IMG/VR virus record: IMGVR_UViG_3300028854_000012
Span: 1 to 64,000 of that record
From: a virus
DNA length: 64,000 nucleotides
Reading direction: 5' to 3' (one strand)
Each line of letters starts with the position of its first letter. The first letter of the stretch is position 1. Below, piece by piece: positions 41,092-49,328 of this stretch. The notes under the pieces were generated by a model. That model saw only the letters and a list, made by a program, of their open reading frames with translations. It had not been told where the DNA came from and made no database searches. Made by a program: the position numbers and the translations under genes.

Positions 41092-41573
41092 GATTAATTG
41101 AAATGTTTTCTGATTCAGATGAGATGGCTAAAAAATATCCTGTAACTTTAAATAATTATGATACTAAACAAATTATTAGTGATTTGAAAACGTTGTCCAT
41201 AGAAAAATTTACATGGATAACCTCACCGTTAAAATACTCAGATTATATGAATTGGGGTAATATTCCATCTGAAACTAAAATGGATACATTGATAAAACAT
41301 AATGAATTTGAATTTAAAAATATAAATCCGCATACATTAATAACTTATCAGAAAGAAGTGTCAATTGAAACTATTTTATTAGCTATGAAAAATATAAATA
41401 TGGGACAAGATAATAAAAGATCATATGAAAGATTTCCAATAATTAAACAGTGGAATGGGAAAAATTATTTAATAGACGGAAATCATCGAGCCGTAGCAGC
41501 ACTGTGGTCAAATAGATTACTACCTTGTAGATGTTTAAATATAGAAATATTTTTTGATGTGGAGCCATTTTAA
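41088..41573 (+). CDS. ParB/Srx N-terminal-like domain protein
   Basis: PII…YLIDGNHRAVAA. Confidence 0.7.
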   Translation: MRLIEMFSDSDEMAKKYPVTLNNYDTKQIISDLKTLSIEKFTWITSPLKYSDYMNWGNIPSETKMDTLIKHNEFEFKNINPHTLITYQKEVSIETILLAMKNINMGQDNKRSYERFPIIKQWNGKNYLIDGNHRAVAALWSNRLLPCRCLNIEIFFDVEPF

Positions 41574-41574
41574 T

Positions 41575-42417
41575 ATGAGGCTGAACGAGTTGGCAAGAAA
41601 AAAGAAAATTGTTACTCCATATGATCCTGTTGAAGCCGCGCGTGAAAGCCTTGAATGGTATAAAGAAGATGGTATTAAAAGATGTCCAAATAATACATTA
41701 CAACTTTTTGTTCCTCGAAAAATAGAACGATATGCAACAAAGAAAGAACGCGAAGAACATATTTTACGAGATAGAGCCAAATATGCATATGACGATAATG
41801 GTGATATGATTCCTCAATATAGAGATTGGGTCAATAATGTCCACGAATCTATAATAGATGAAGGTGCTCCGGTGCTTGCTGGTGGAAATCCATTAATTGG
41901 TGGAAGCAAACCTTTAAGTGCGTTATTATGGACAAGCACAGCTAAAAAATTAGATAATGGTAAGTGGACAAGTGACTGGAATAATTTTATCCAAGGTGGA
42001 AATCTCGGTAGTTCCATACCATCAAAAATTGGATACTTATATAAAGTTCTGCCAAATACATTAGTATATGAATTAGATAGTGCTCAAGATGCATTAATTA
42101 TATATAAAATTTTTAAAGATTTGGGAAGACCTAATAAAGCATTAGATGATCCAAATAATTGGGAACGAACAAGTGAATTTTATAGGAATAGTAATGATAC
42201 AGATATAAGTATTATACAAAAAGATTTTCCGTGGCCAGATTTGTCAGCTAATTTCGATTGTATACATCATTGGGGTGGTAGAAATAGTTTTAATTATGAT
42301 TCTTTTACTGGTGGATACGATGTGGAAAGTTCGTGTTTTTTCAAACCAAATCAACTTGAATTGCTTGGACAAGTTCCACTATGGACGCCCGAAGATGATA
42401 AAGAAGATGATTTTTAA
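41575..42417 (+). CDS. Hypothetical protein (MRLNEL…; C-terminal KP…LWTS…YDVES domain, possibly ART-fold)
   Basis: ATG 41575; internal VHESIIDE linker. Confidence 0.6.
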   Translation: MRLNELARKKKIVTPYDPVEAARESLEWYKEDGIKRCPNNTLQLFVPRKIERYATKKEREEHILRDRAKYAYDDNGDMIPQYRDWVNNVHESIIDEGAPVLAGGNPLIGGSKPLSALLWTSTAKKLDNGKWTSDWNNFIQGGNLGSSIPSKIGYLYKVLPNTLVYELDSAQDALIIYKIFKDLGRPNKALDDPNNWERTSEFYRNSNDTDISIIQKDFPWPDLSANFDCIHHWGGRNSFNYDSFTGGYDVESSCFFKPNQLELLGQVPLWTPEDDKEDDF

Positions 42418-43193
42418 ATTTTATGTCTAATCACTCCTTGAATATAACCTAAATCTTTAAAAGATGAAAATTCTACTGGATTAATAACCTTGCAAATTCC
42501 TAATGATACGTTTTTAATATATATTTTTCCAGTGTTAGTGTGTGCTTGTTTCTTATTTGATTCTTCTTTTCTTATTCTTCCTTGAATAAATCCTTGAATT
42601 TCATATATAGGCCAGTCATTTAATTTTATAAATTTTGCTGTTTTTAAAAGCGCATGATAAATATGAATTCTATTTTTACTTGATTCTGAAACCTTTTCTT
42701 TAGTGGAAAGCGATGATTTTTTCTTACCTAAAGAAAATCCCAAATTTATATAATATTGTAATTCTGATAGTTTAATTGGAAATTGAACTACTCCATTATT
42801 AATCCATTTTCTACCAATTTTTGATTTAGATTTTCTGGAACGAGTTATTGCGCTATTTGGAAATGGACCAAGGGGAACACTTTCGTGTTGATTATACCAC
42901 ATTGGATTATTGGCGGCTTTGATTTTTGTAAGAAATTTAGATTCATATAATAAACATTGTTTGGAATTTGTAAAAATTTTTCTAACTTCTACAATAAAAG
43001 AATCTTTGCCTTCTATTTTAATAATATTCTTTACAATTTTACTGGATGAAAAATATTTAGTCCATAAATCAGAAGGTAGACAGCCTATTCTTGTTTTGCT
43101 TCCAGCATATCTTTTTCCATCTGAAATATGTGTTAAAATATAAAAGAACGGTGTTCGATCTGTTGCGGTGAATAATTCTGAATAAATAGGCAT
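42414..43193 (-). CDS. GIY-YIG-type homing endonuclease with NUMOD-like repeats
   Basis: FFYIL…RYAGSK…Y.SSS…E…YN; repeated 'G..WI.NG…GF..G'. Confidence 0.75.
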   Translation of the reverse strand: MPIYSELFTATDRTPFFYILTHISDGKRYAGSKTRIGCLPSDLWTKYFSSSKIVKNIIKIEGKDSFIVEVRKIFTNSKQCLLYESKFLTKIKAANNPMWYNQHESVPLGPFPNSAITRSRKSKSKIGRKWINNGVVQFPIKLSELQYYINLGFSLGKKKSSLSTKEKVSESSKNRIHIYHALLKTAKFIKLNDWPIYEIQGFIQGRIRKEESNKKQAHTNTGKIYIKNVSLGICKVINPVEFSSFKDLGYIQGVIRHKI

Positions 43194-43257
43194 ATGCTGT
43201 TGCTCCTTAAAAGCGATAGAATTGGTGGGACAGTGAATCCGCGACCAATAGTATTTA
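43183..43257. promoter_or_regulatory. Conserved two-hairpin cassette between opposing TAAATA promoters (copy 1); probable antisense RNA on + strand
   Basis: Covaries with copy 2 at 57594-57670. Confidence 0.65.
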
Positions 43258-43371
43258 TCTTTTTGAAATAAAAATTATGTTGTTGAAAATAATGAACTTA
43301 TTTTTAGTTGACAACAGGACAAAACTTTGATATACTAATATTGTAGTTGAGAAAAAGAAAGGAATACTAAA

Positions 43372-43716
43372 ATGTTCACTCCATTGACCCCGCGCCAAAA
43401 GACCTTGCTTGTGAATAATGTCTTGTCTGCATGTAAGGACATTAGAACGCTAAAGAAAAATGGTTACCATTTTTTATATTTGTCAAGTGGAATGATAGCC
43501 CATTATAATCGTGGAGGATTCATTGATTATTATATGGATAATGATCTTGCCACTGATATTATCAATAATGCGCAAATGAATCAGTGGAATAATTTTAGGT
43601 TCGGTGATCGGGATTATGATTATATGATGGAAAAAAAGGATATTTATAATCGTATTCTCGCTGGTCTTGGTATAGTTGATTTGGGAGAACATATTCCAAA
43701 TAAGTTTTGGTTTTAA
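43372..43716 (+). CDS. Early hypothetical protein
   Basis: TTGACA-N17-TATACT at 43308-43336, AAGGA RBS. Confidence 0.7.
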   Translation: MFTPLTPRQKTLLVNNVLSACKDIRTLKKNGYHFLYLSSGMIAHYNRGGFIDYYMDNDLATDIINNAQMNQWNNFRFGDRDYDYMMEKKDIYNRILAGLGIVDLGEHIPNKFWF

Positions 43717-43719
43717 CAT

Positions 43720-43983
43720 AATTTCAATTGGGAGGTCGGCTTAAAGGTAGCCATCCTTTAAAGAGTGAGTCGTGATACAGGGATTGCGGAAGTTATATCG
43801 GAATGATATGCAAGGGCAATCTTGGGTGCAGTTGTTTAGACCGATTGCCAAGATTAACTGCATTACAACCAAACACTATTGGCACGTGGATAATAGTTGA
43901 TACGTTTTTTGCTACGCAAACTATTGTTGGTCTGATAAGGCAAGATATGGACTCTTTGGTGTAGAAACACACCAATTGAAATT
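43720..43983 (+). ncRNA. Structured RNA resembling 23S rRNA helices 42-44 (uL11-binding GTPase-associated centre) with ~190-nt insert
   Basis: 12-bp terminal stem; GGAGGTCGGCTTAAAGGTAGCCATCCTTTAAAGA…GGTGTAGAAACACAC matches the 23S 1055-1104 pattern with compensatory changes. Confidence 0.75.
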
Positions 43984-43987
43984 TTAT

Positions 43988-44236
43988 CAATCTTAGAAAA
44001 GAAAATACAAATGAATTTTATGTAAATTAATCCTTGACAAACAACAAATTATATAGTATCATAATAATGTGATGATAATCAAATCACATATGTAACAAGA
44101 AAATATAGGGATGGAATGTCCCGAATTTACGCTTGTGGAGATACCACTACTGGGCAACGTTGATAAAAAATCAATCTTGTAGGCATGTGTCGATGAAACA
44201 AGAAGCCATAATTGCTTTAGCAATTGGGTGATTCAC
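43988..44236 (+). mobile_element. tnpB-less IS200/IS605 miniature element / orphan omega-RNA locus
   Basis: Left-end motif AGAAAAGAAAATAC..ATGAATTTT and right-end scaffold ending GGGTGATTCAC shared with 60639-61964. Confidence 0.8.
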
Positions 44237-44276
44237 AAAGGAATAAAGAATGTTGGTAGTTTGTAATGTTAAAAGT

Positions 44277-44414
44277 TTGTGTGGGCAGCGTGGATGAACA
44301 CGTTTTGGGTCTTAAAGGTTTAACTCTTTTGAGGTAAGACTCGCCATAAATACGGAAGGAACGCCGTTGAGGAGTAACGATAAAATTGTTGGTATCCAAT
44401 CCAACTCCACACAA
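44277..44414 (+). ncRNA. tRNA-like RNA with expanded central region
   Basis: TTGTGTGG/CCACACAA terminal stem, D-like arm CGTG-GATGAA-CACG, T-like arm GTTGG-TATCCAAT-CCAAC. Confidence 0.55.
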
Positions 44415-44441
44415 TTTATATAGATACCATATATTAGAAAA

Positions 44442-44480
44442 GGCCACTCTTACTACTGGTTTAACCAGAGCGGAGTGGCC
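44442..44480 (+). terminator. GC-rich hairpin (terminator or processing signal)
   Basis: GGCCACTC…GAGTGGCC followed by an AT-rich tail. Confidence 0.45.
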
Positions 44481-44546
44481 ATATTATTTTATGCTTGACA
44501 TTTGAAAATGATTACTATATCATCGTAAATGAGGAGAAATATAACA

Positions 44547-44804
44547 ATGGCAATAACTACATTAGGACCAAATGAAATTAATAAATTACAAGATATTATT
44601 TTTGATGGTGTGCGCAATCTTGAAGAGTGCGAGGCACTACAAACCGGTATGGCAGATACAATTAAAAGTGTGGCAGAGGAATTGCAAATTCCAGCAAGTC
44701 TATTAAAAAAGGCAATAAAAACGGCATTCAAAGGTAATTATGCTGAATTAGAAGCTGAGTTAAATGACCTTGATGCTTTGCTTCAAGCTGCGGGTAAAAA
44801 GTAA
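44547..44804 (+). CDS. Small dsDNA-binding protein, T4 DsbA-like (putative)
   Basis: GAGGAG RBS; helical 'D.IK.VAEEL.IP…LKKAIK.A.K' pattern. Confidence 0.55.
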   Translation: MAITTLGPNEINKLQDIIFDGVRNLEECEALQTGMADTIKSVAEELQIPASLLKKAIKTAFKGNYAELEAELNDLDALLQAAGKK

Positions 44805-44817
44805 ATAAATTAAAAAT

Positions 44818-44892
44818 GCGGGGTTAGCTCAATGGTCGAGCGCCAGAAACCAATTCTGGAGGTTGCTATTTCGATATTAGCACCCCGCTCCA
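44818..44892 (+). tRNA. Atypical tRNA: Gly-type acceptor arm, CCA (Trp) anticodon
   Basis: GCGGGGT/ACCCCGC-T-CCA; D arm GCTC-AATGGTC-GAGC; CCAGA-AACCAAT-TCTGG; TTCGA loop lacking G53-C61. Confidence 0.65.
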
Positions 44893-44901
44893 ATAACAAG
44901 T

Positions 44902-44978
44902 TTATGTGAATGACTAAAGCAGGAAAAATATGCCTTCCGCCGTAAAATCGGGCTGGAATTAACCAGAAGTTCACATAA
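44902..44978 (+). ncRNA. Small multibranch RNA candidate
   Basis: TTATGTGAA/TTCACATAA closing stem with three short internal hairpins. Confidence 0.45.
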
Positions 44979-44994
44979 TTTAAATTATAATAGT

Positions 44995-45134
44995 TTGTGC
45001 AGAGTGTGTTTTGAACGGATAACAAGTTGGACTCCATGCGCGTATACATTGGTAAAGACGCTGATAGGGCCAACCGGCTGTTGCGAACGGGGGATAACCA
45101 AGAAGACCCTAAAGTCTGTGACTGCTCTGCACAA
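44995..45134 (+). ncRNA. GC-rich structured RNA candidate
   Basis: TTGTGCAGAG/CTCTGCACAA closing stem; internal GTTGG/CCAAC, GCGT/ACGC, AGAC/GTCT. Confidence 0.5.
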
Positions 45135-45163
45135 TTTATATATTAAAGTAAAACAGGAATATA

Positions 45164-47818
45164 ATGAGTTATATTAGTGCAAAAATAAATAAAAAATCAG
45201 AACGTATAGAAGTTGTAGAAAGAATAAATGACAAACGCATTTATAACAGCTATCCAATTGACTATTCATTTTATGTAGATGATCCAAATGGTCAATATAA
45301 AACAATATATAATACTCCTGTAACAAAAATTACACCAAGATCATCATCGGAATTTCATAAAGAGTTAGCAAGACTTGGTAATAAAAAAGTTTGGGAAAGT
45401 GATTTAAATCTGGTTTATAAATGTCTTTCTCAAAATTATCGTCACAAAAATGCTCCAGAATTACATATTACCTTGTTTGATATAGAAGTGGATTTTGATT
45501 CTGTGCGCGGTTATGCTCCAATTGATGATCCGTTTGCTGCTATTACCGCAGTAACAATGCAACACCAATGGAATAAAGAATTAATTACTTTAGCTCTTAA
45601 ACCCAAAACATATACTATAGAAAAAGCAAATGAAATTGCTGCAAAATTTGAAAATACGATAATTTTTGAAAATGAAGTTGATATGCTTTCTGCCATTCTT
45701 GATTTATTAGAAGATACTGATATTATTAGTGGATGGAATAGTTCTGGTTTTGATATTCCTTATCTTATCAATCGAATCACAAGAATTATGAGTAAAGATG
45801 ATACAAGTAGACTATGCCTATGGAATGAAAAACCAAAAGAAAAAACAGTAGAAAAATATGGAAAAGAAATTTCCACTTATGAACTAGTAGGTAGAGTTCA
45901 TTTGGATTTAATGGAAGTTTATATTAAGTTCACTTATGAAGAACGCCACAGCTATAGTTTAAATGCTATTGCAGAACATGAGTTGGGTCAAAGTAAAACA
46001 CCATATACCGGTAGTCTTGATAAATTATATAATGAAGATTTTGAAAAGTTTATTGAATATAACAGGCAAGATGTTATACTTTTATCTCTTCTTGAAGATA
46101 AATTGAAGTTTATTGATTTATTAAATGGAATGGCCCATGATACAACAACTCTTCTTTCAACATGCATGGGAACAGTTGCAGTTATTGACCAAGCTATAGT
46201 CAATAGAATTCATGATAGGGGTCAGATTGCTCCAAATAGAAAAAATAATTCATATGAAGGTAATGAGTCTGTCGCAGGAGCATATGTTGCAACGCCAAAA
46301 AGCGGAGCACATGAATGGGTTGGAGTAATTGATATTAATTCACTATACCCAAGCACTATTAGAGCATTGAATATGGGATTGGAAACAATTGTTGGGCAAA
46401 TTAGACCTACCCTAACAGATGATTATATTTCAGAACAATTCAAAAAGCAAAATATGACATTTGCTCATGCTTGGGAAAATCAATTTGGGTCTCATGAGTA
46501 TCAAGCGGTTATGGCTCGTAAACAAGGTATTGATTTAATTATTGATTGGGAAGAAACAGGAAAAAATGATACAGTTACAGCAGATCAATGTTATGATTTA
46601 ATTTTTAATAGTGGGCAACCTTGGATGCTTAGTGGTAACGGAACAATTTTTACATATGCACATAACGCTATTATTCCGGGATTATTACTGGATTGGTATA
46701 CAGATCGTAAAGAATTTCAAAAGAAACAACGAGAAGCCACAGATTTAAAAATTGAGTCTTTTTTTAATCGCCGTCAGCATATAGAAAAAATAAAACTTAA
46801 TAGTTTATATGGTGCATTATTAAGTCCAGCTTCTCGTTTCTTTGATAAAAGATTAGGACAAAGCGTAACTTTATCGGGTCGTATTATTTGCAAACATATT
46901 AATTCTTTTGCGAATGAATGTATTACTGGAGAATATAATATCGAAGGCGCAGCAATTTGTGCTGCTGATACTGATAGCACCCAATTTAGTGCATGGACAA
47001 CAATTAAACCAATGGTTGATCGTAAAGAATTGGAATGGAATAAAGAGGCAGCGGTTCAATTATATACTGCTATTGGAGAAAAAGTTAACGAGTCTTTTCC
47101 AACTCTTATGGAAAAAATGTTTAATTGTCCACAAGAATTTGGATCGCTTATTAAGGCAAGTTGTGAAAGTGTTGGTTATCGCGGATTATATATTACTAAA
47201 AAAAGATATGCAATTTTAAATTATTGGAAAGATGGTAAGTATTTAAAAGAGTCAAAATTAAAAGCAATGGGATTGGACCTTAGACGCAGTGATACACCAG
47301 TAGTATGTCAGAAATTTTTAAAAACTATTCTTATGGAATTTTTAACAACTGGCTCAGAGCAAAATATTATCAAAATGATAAATGATTTTAAAATTAAATT
47401 TAAAGCATTACCGCCATCCGACAGAGGAACACCAAAACGAGTAAATAATTTAACTAATTATATGGACCTTATTCAAAAAGGAAAAGGTAATAGAGTTCCG
47501 GGGCATGTTCGTGCCGCTATAAATTGGAATATACTTCGTGAAATAAATAATGATAAGATTCATACTAAAATTGTTGATGGAATGAAATGTGTCGTTTGTC
47601 CATTAAAGAATAATATTAATCAAATGACAAGTATTGCATATCCAACAGATGAAATAAGTTTACCTAATTGGTTCACTGTATTACCCTTTGATGAAGAATC
47701 AATGATTAAAAGCGTAGTAGAAAAAAAGATTGAGAATCTTTTTGGTAAATTACCAAATTGGAAAACAATAGAAAATGCAACTAAGAAAATTAATACTTAT
47801 GAAGATTTTTTTGAATAG
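45164..47818 (+). CDS. Family B DNA polymerase
   Basis: Exo DIEVD, GWNS..FD, YN..D; pol DINSLYPS, K..LNSLYG, DTDS, KKRY. Confidence 0.95.
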   Translation: MSYISAKINKKSERIEVVERINDKRIYNSYPIDYSFYVDDPNGQYKTIYNTPVTKITPRSSSEFHKELARLGNKKVWESDLNLVYKCLSQNYRHKNAPELHITLFDIEVDFDSVRGYAPIDDPFAAITAVTMQHQWNKELITLALKPKTYTIEKANEIAAKFENTIIFENEVDMLSAILDLLEDTDIISGWNSSGFDIPYLINRITRIMSKDDTSRLCLWNEKPKEKTVEKYGKEISTYELVGRVHLDLMEVYIKFTYEERHSYSLNAIAEHELGQSKTPYTGSLDKLYNEDFEKFIEYNRQDVILLSLLEDKLKFIDLLNGMAHDTTTLLSTCMGTVAVIDQAIVNRIHDRGQIAPNRKNNSYEGNESVAGAYVATPKSGAHEWVGVIDINSLYPSTIRALNMGLETIVGQIRPTLTDDYISEQFKKQNMTFAHAWENQFGSHEYQAVMARKQGIDLIIDWEETGKNDTVTADQCYDLIFNSGQPWMLSGNGTIFTYAHNAIIPGLLLDWYTDRKEFQKKQREATDLKIESFFNRRQHIEKIKLNSLYGALLSPASRFFDKRLGQSVTLSGRIICKHINSFANECITGEYNIEGAAICAADTDSTQFSAWTTIKPMVDRKELEWNKEAAVQLYTAIGEKVNESFPTLMEKMFNCPQEFGSLIKASCESVGYRGLYITKKRYAILNYWKDGKYLKESKLKAMGLDLRRSDTPVVCQKFLKTILMEFLTTGSEQNIIKMINDFKIKFKALPPSDRGTPKRVNNLTNYMDLIQKGKGNRVPGHVRAAINWNILREINNDKIHTKIVDGMKCVVCPLKNNINQMTSIAYPTDEISLPNWFTVLPFDEESMIKSVVEKKIENLFGKLPNWKTIENATKKINTYEDFFE

Positions 47819-47826
47819 AGGAGATT

Positions 47827-48300
47827 ATGAAATTTTATACACTTATTTTTTTATTTTTTGTAACTTATGCTGCTTTAGCGCAAACACCGATTAAAAATAT
47901 ATATGCCGTTGGTAGTTCGTATAATTTTAACGCAACTCCAAATATTGCTGGAACCGCTTTATATGCCCATTATATTACAAGTCCGGGAACTTATGCTTTT
48001 ACTGTTATCGATGTGCTTCCGACCAATATAAAACCACTTACTGTAACTAATAATATTGGAGCAGGTTTGGCTCAGAAGATGTTCACTATTGGAAAAGCAA
48101 GTTTAATTATGCCAACTACTGCGGGTATAAGTTGGAGTGGAACAAACACTGGCTGGCAATGGACCGGTGGCACTGCGGTAATCATTTCTTTAAAATCTAA
48201 TTTTTATCTTATACCAACAGTTCGTTTTCTAAAATCGTCGGTTTCTGGAGGATCAGGATACCAACCAATTTTAGGTTTGTTAGTAGGATGGGGAAAATAA
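47827..48300 (+). CDS. Secreted/outer-membrane beta-strand protein
   Basis: Signal peptide; amphipathic beta strands. Confidence 0.65.
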   Translation: MKFYTLIFLFFVTYAALAQTPIKNIYAVGSSYNFNATPNIAGTALYAHYITSPGTYAFTVIDVLPTNIKPLTVTNNIGAGLAQKMFTIGKASLIMPTTAGISWSGTNTGWQWTGGTAVIISLKSNFYLIPTVRFLKSSVSGGSGYQPILGLLVGWGK

Positions 48301-48338
48301 TACTTGACTTTTTATTTGTTTTAAACTAATATACTTAT

Positions 48339-48560
48339 ATGCAAGATTATTTAGGAACAACTATTGAGATTGGTGATTATATTTTTGGTGGAGAGTCTTC
48401 TCAACTTTTTAAAGTAACGGACAAAGATAAACTGGATGATTGTGCCAACGTTACGAGACTTGGAGAACGAACTACACGAAGAGTTTTCCTTCGCAATTTT
48501 GTTAGAATTTCTGAGGAACAACTTACCTTATATTTTTTGACAAAAGGTTATAAAACGTAA
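48339..48560 (+). CDS. Leaderless early hypothetical protein
   Basis: TTGACT-N17-TAATAT-N6-ATG. Confidence 0.65.
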   Translation: MQDYLGTTIEIGDYIFGGESSQLFKVTDKDKLDDCANVTRLGERTTRRVFLRNFVRISEEQLTLYFLTKGYKT

Positions 48561-48583
48561 ATTATATAAAAGGAAATTATAAA

Positions 48584-49315
48584 ATGATAGATGAATTGCG
48601 CGAAATACTCGCATATACACATGCTCTTGGATTTCTTGAACTAGTTAAGGTAACTGGAACAATTAGTTCAACCGAATTAAATTCAATGGCCGTAGATAAA
48701 AAGGTTGTTTTAAATTCTAAGTTTGTTCAACCAGTAAATGATTTTCAAGGAACATTTGGTCTTCATGATCTTGGCAGATTGAATACAATTCTTAATATTC
48801 CAGAATATAAAGAAAAAGCTATCATTACTGTAAACAAACAAACAGTCAATGGTAATGAAGTTTTAACTGGAATAACATTTACAAATGCAAATAAAGATTT
48901 TAAAAATGAATATCGTTTCATGAGCAAGGATGTAGTTGAAATTCAATTGCCACCCAAGACACGAAAGAATATTTCATGGGATATATCTATTCAACCAACA
49001 GTAAGTGCCATTCAACGTTTGAAGTTTCAATCTCAGGCCGCAGGTAATTCAATTGGAAATTTTCATGCAGGAGTAGATAATCACAATCTTGTTTTTTCAT
49101 TGGGAGACCATAGCACACATAGCGGAGAATTTGTATTTCAAAGTGGAGTTACTGGTTCGTTAAAAACAGTTAGGGAATGGCCATTATCTCATGTTCAGGG
49201 TATTCTTGGATTAACAGGTGATAAGGTATTAGAAATTTCAGATGCAGGAGTCATGCAAATTACAGTTACTACAGGACAAGCAGTTCATCAATATACAATT
49301 TTGGCTTCTTGTTAA
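48584..49315 (+). CDS. DNA polymerase sliding clamp (gp45/PCNA-like), putative
   Basis: 243 aa, near PolB, clamp-like beta/alpha pattern ending 'G…ITV…YTI'. Confidence 0.6.
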   Translation: MIDELREILAYTHALGFLELVKVTGTISSTELNSMAVDKKVVLNSKFVQPVNDFQGTFGLHDLGRLNTILNIPEYKEKAIITVNKQTVNGNEVLTGITFTNANKDFKNEYRFMSKDVVEIQLPPKTRKNISWDISIQPTVSAIQRLKFQSQAAGNSIGNFHAGVDNHNLVFSLGDHSTHSGEFVFQSGVTGSLKTVREWPLSHVQGILGLTGDKVLEISDAGVMQITVTTGQAVHQYTILASC

Positions 49316-49328
49316 TAAGGAATAATTT

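Noticed and set aside
43194-43271. Leaderless 25-aa ORF on the antisense cassette (MLLLLKSDRIGG…)
   Set aside because: The second cassette copy has AAG instead of ATG at this position, so coding is not conserved
43720-43983. Host 23S rRNA gene or contamination
   Set aside because: Similarity is limited to H42-H44, is split by an insert, is closed by a non-rRNA stem and is embedded among phage genes
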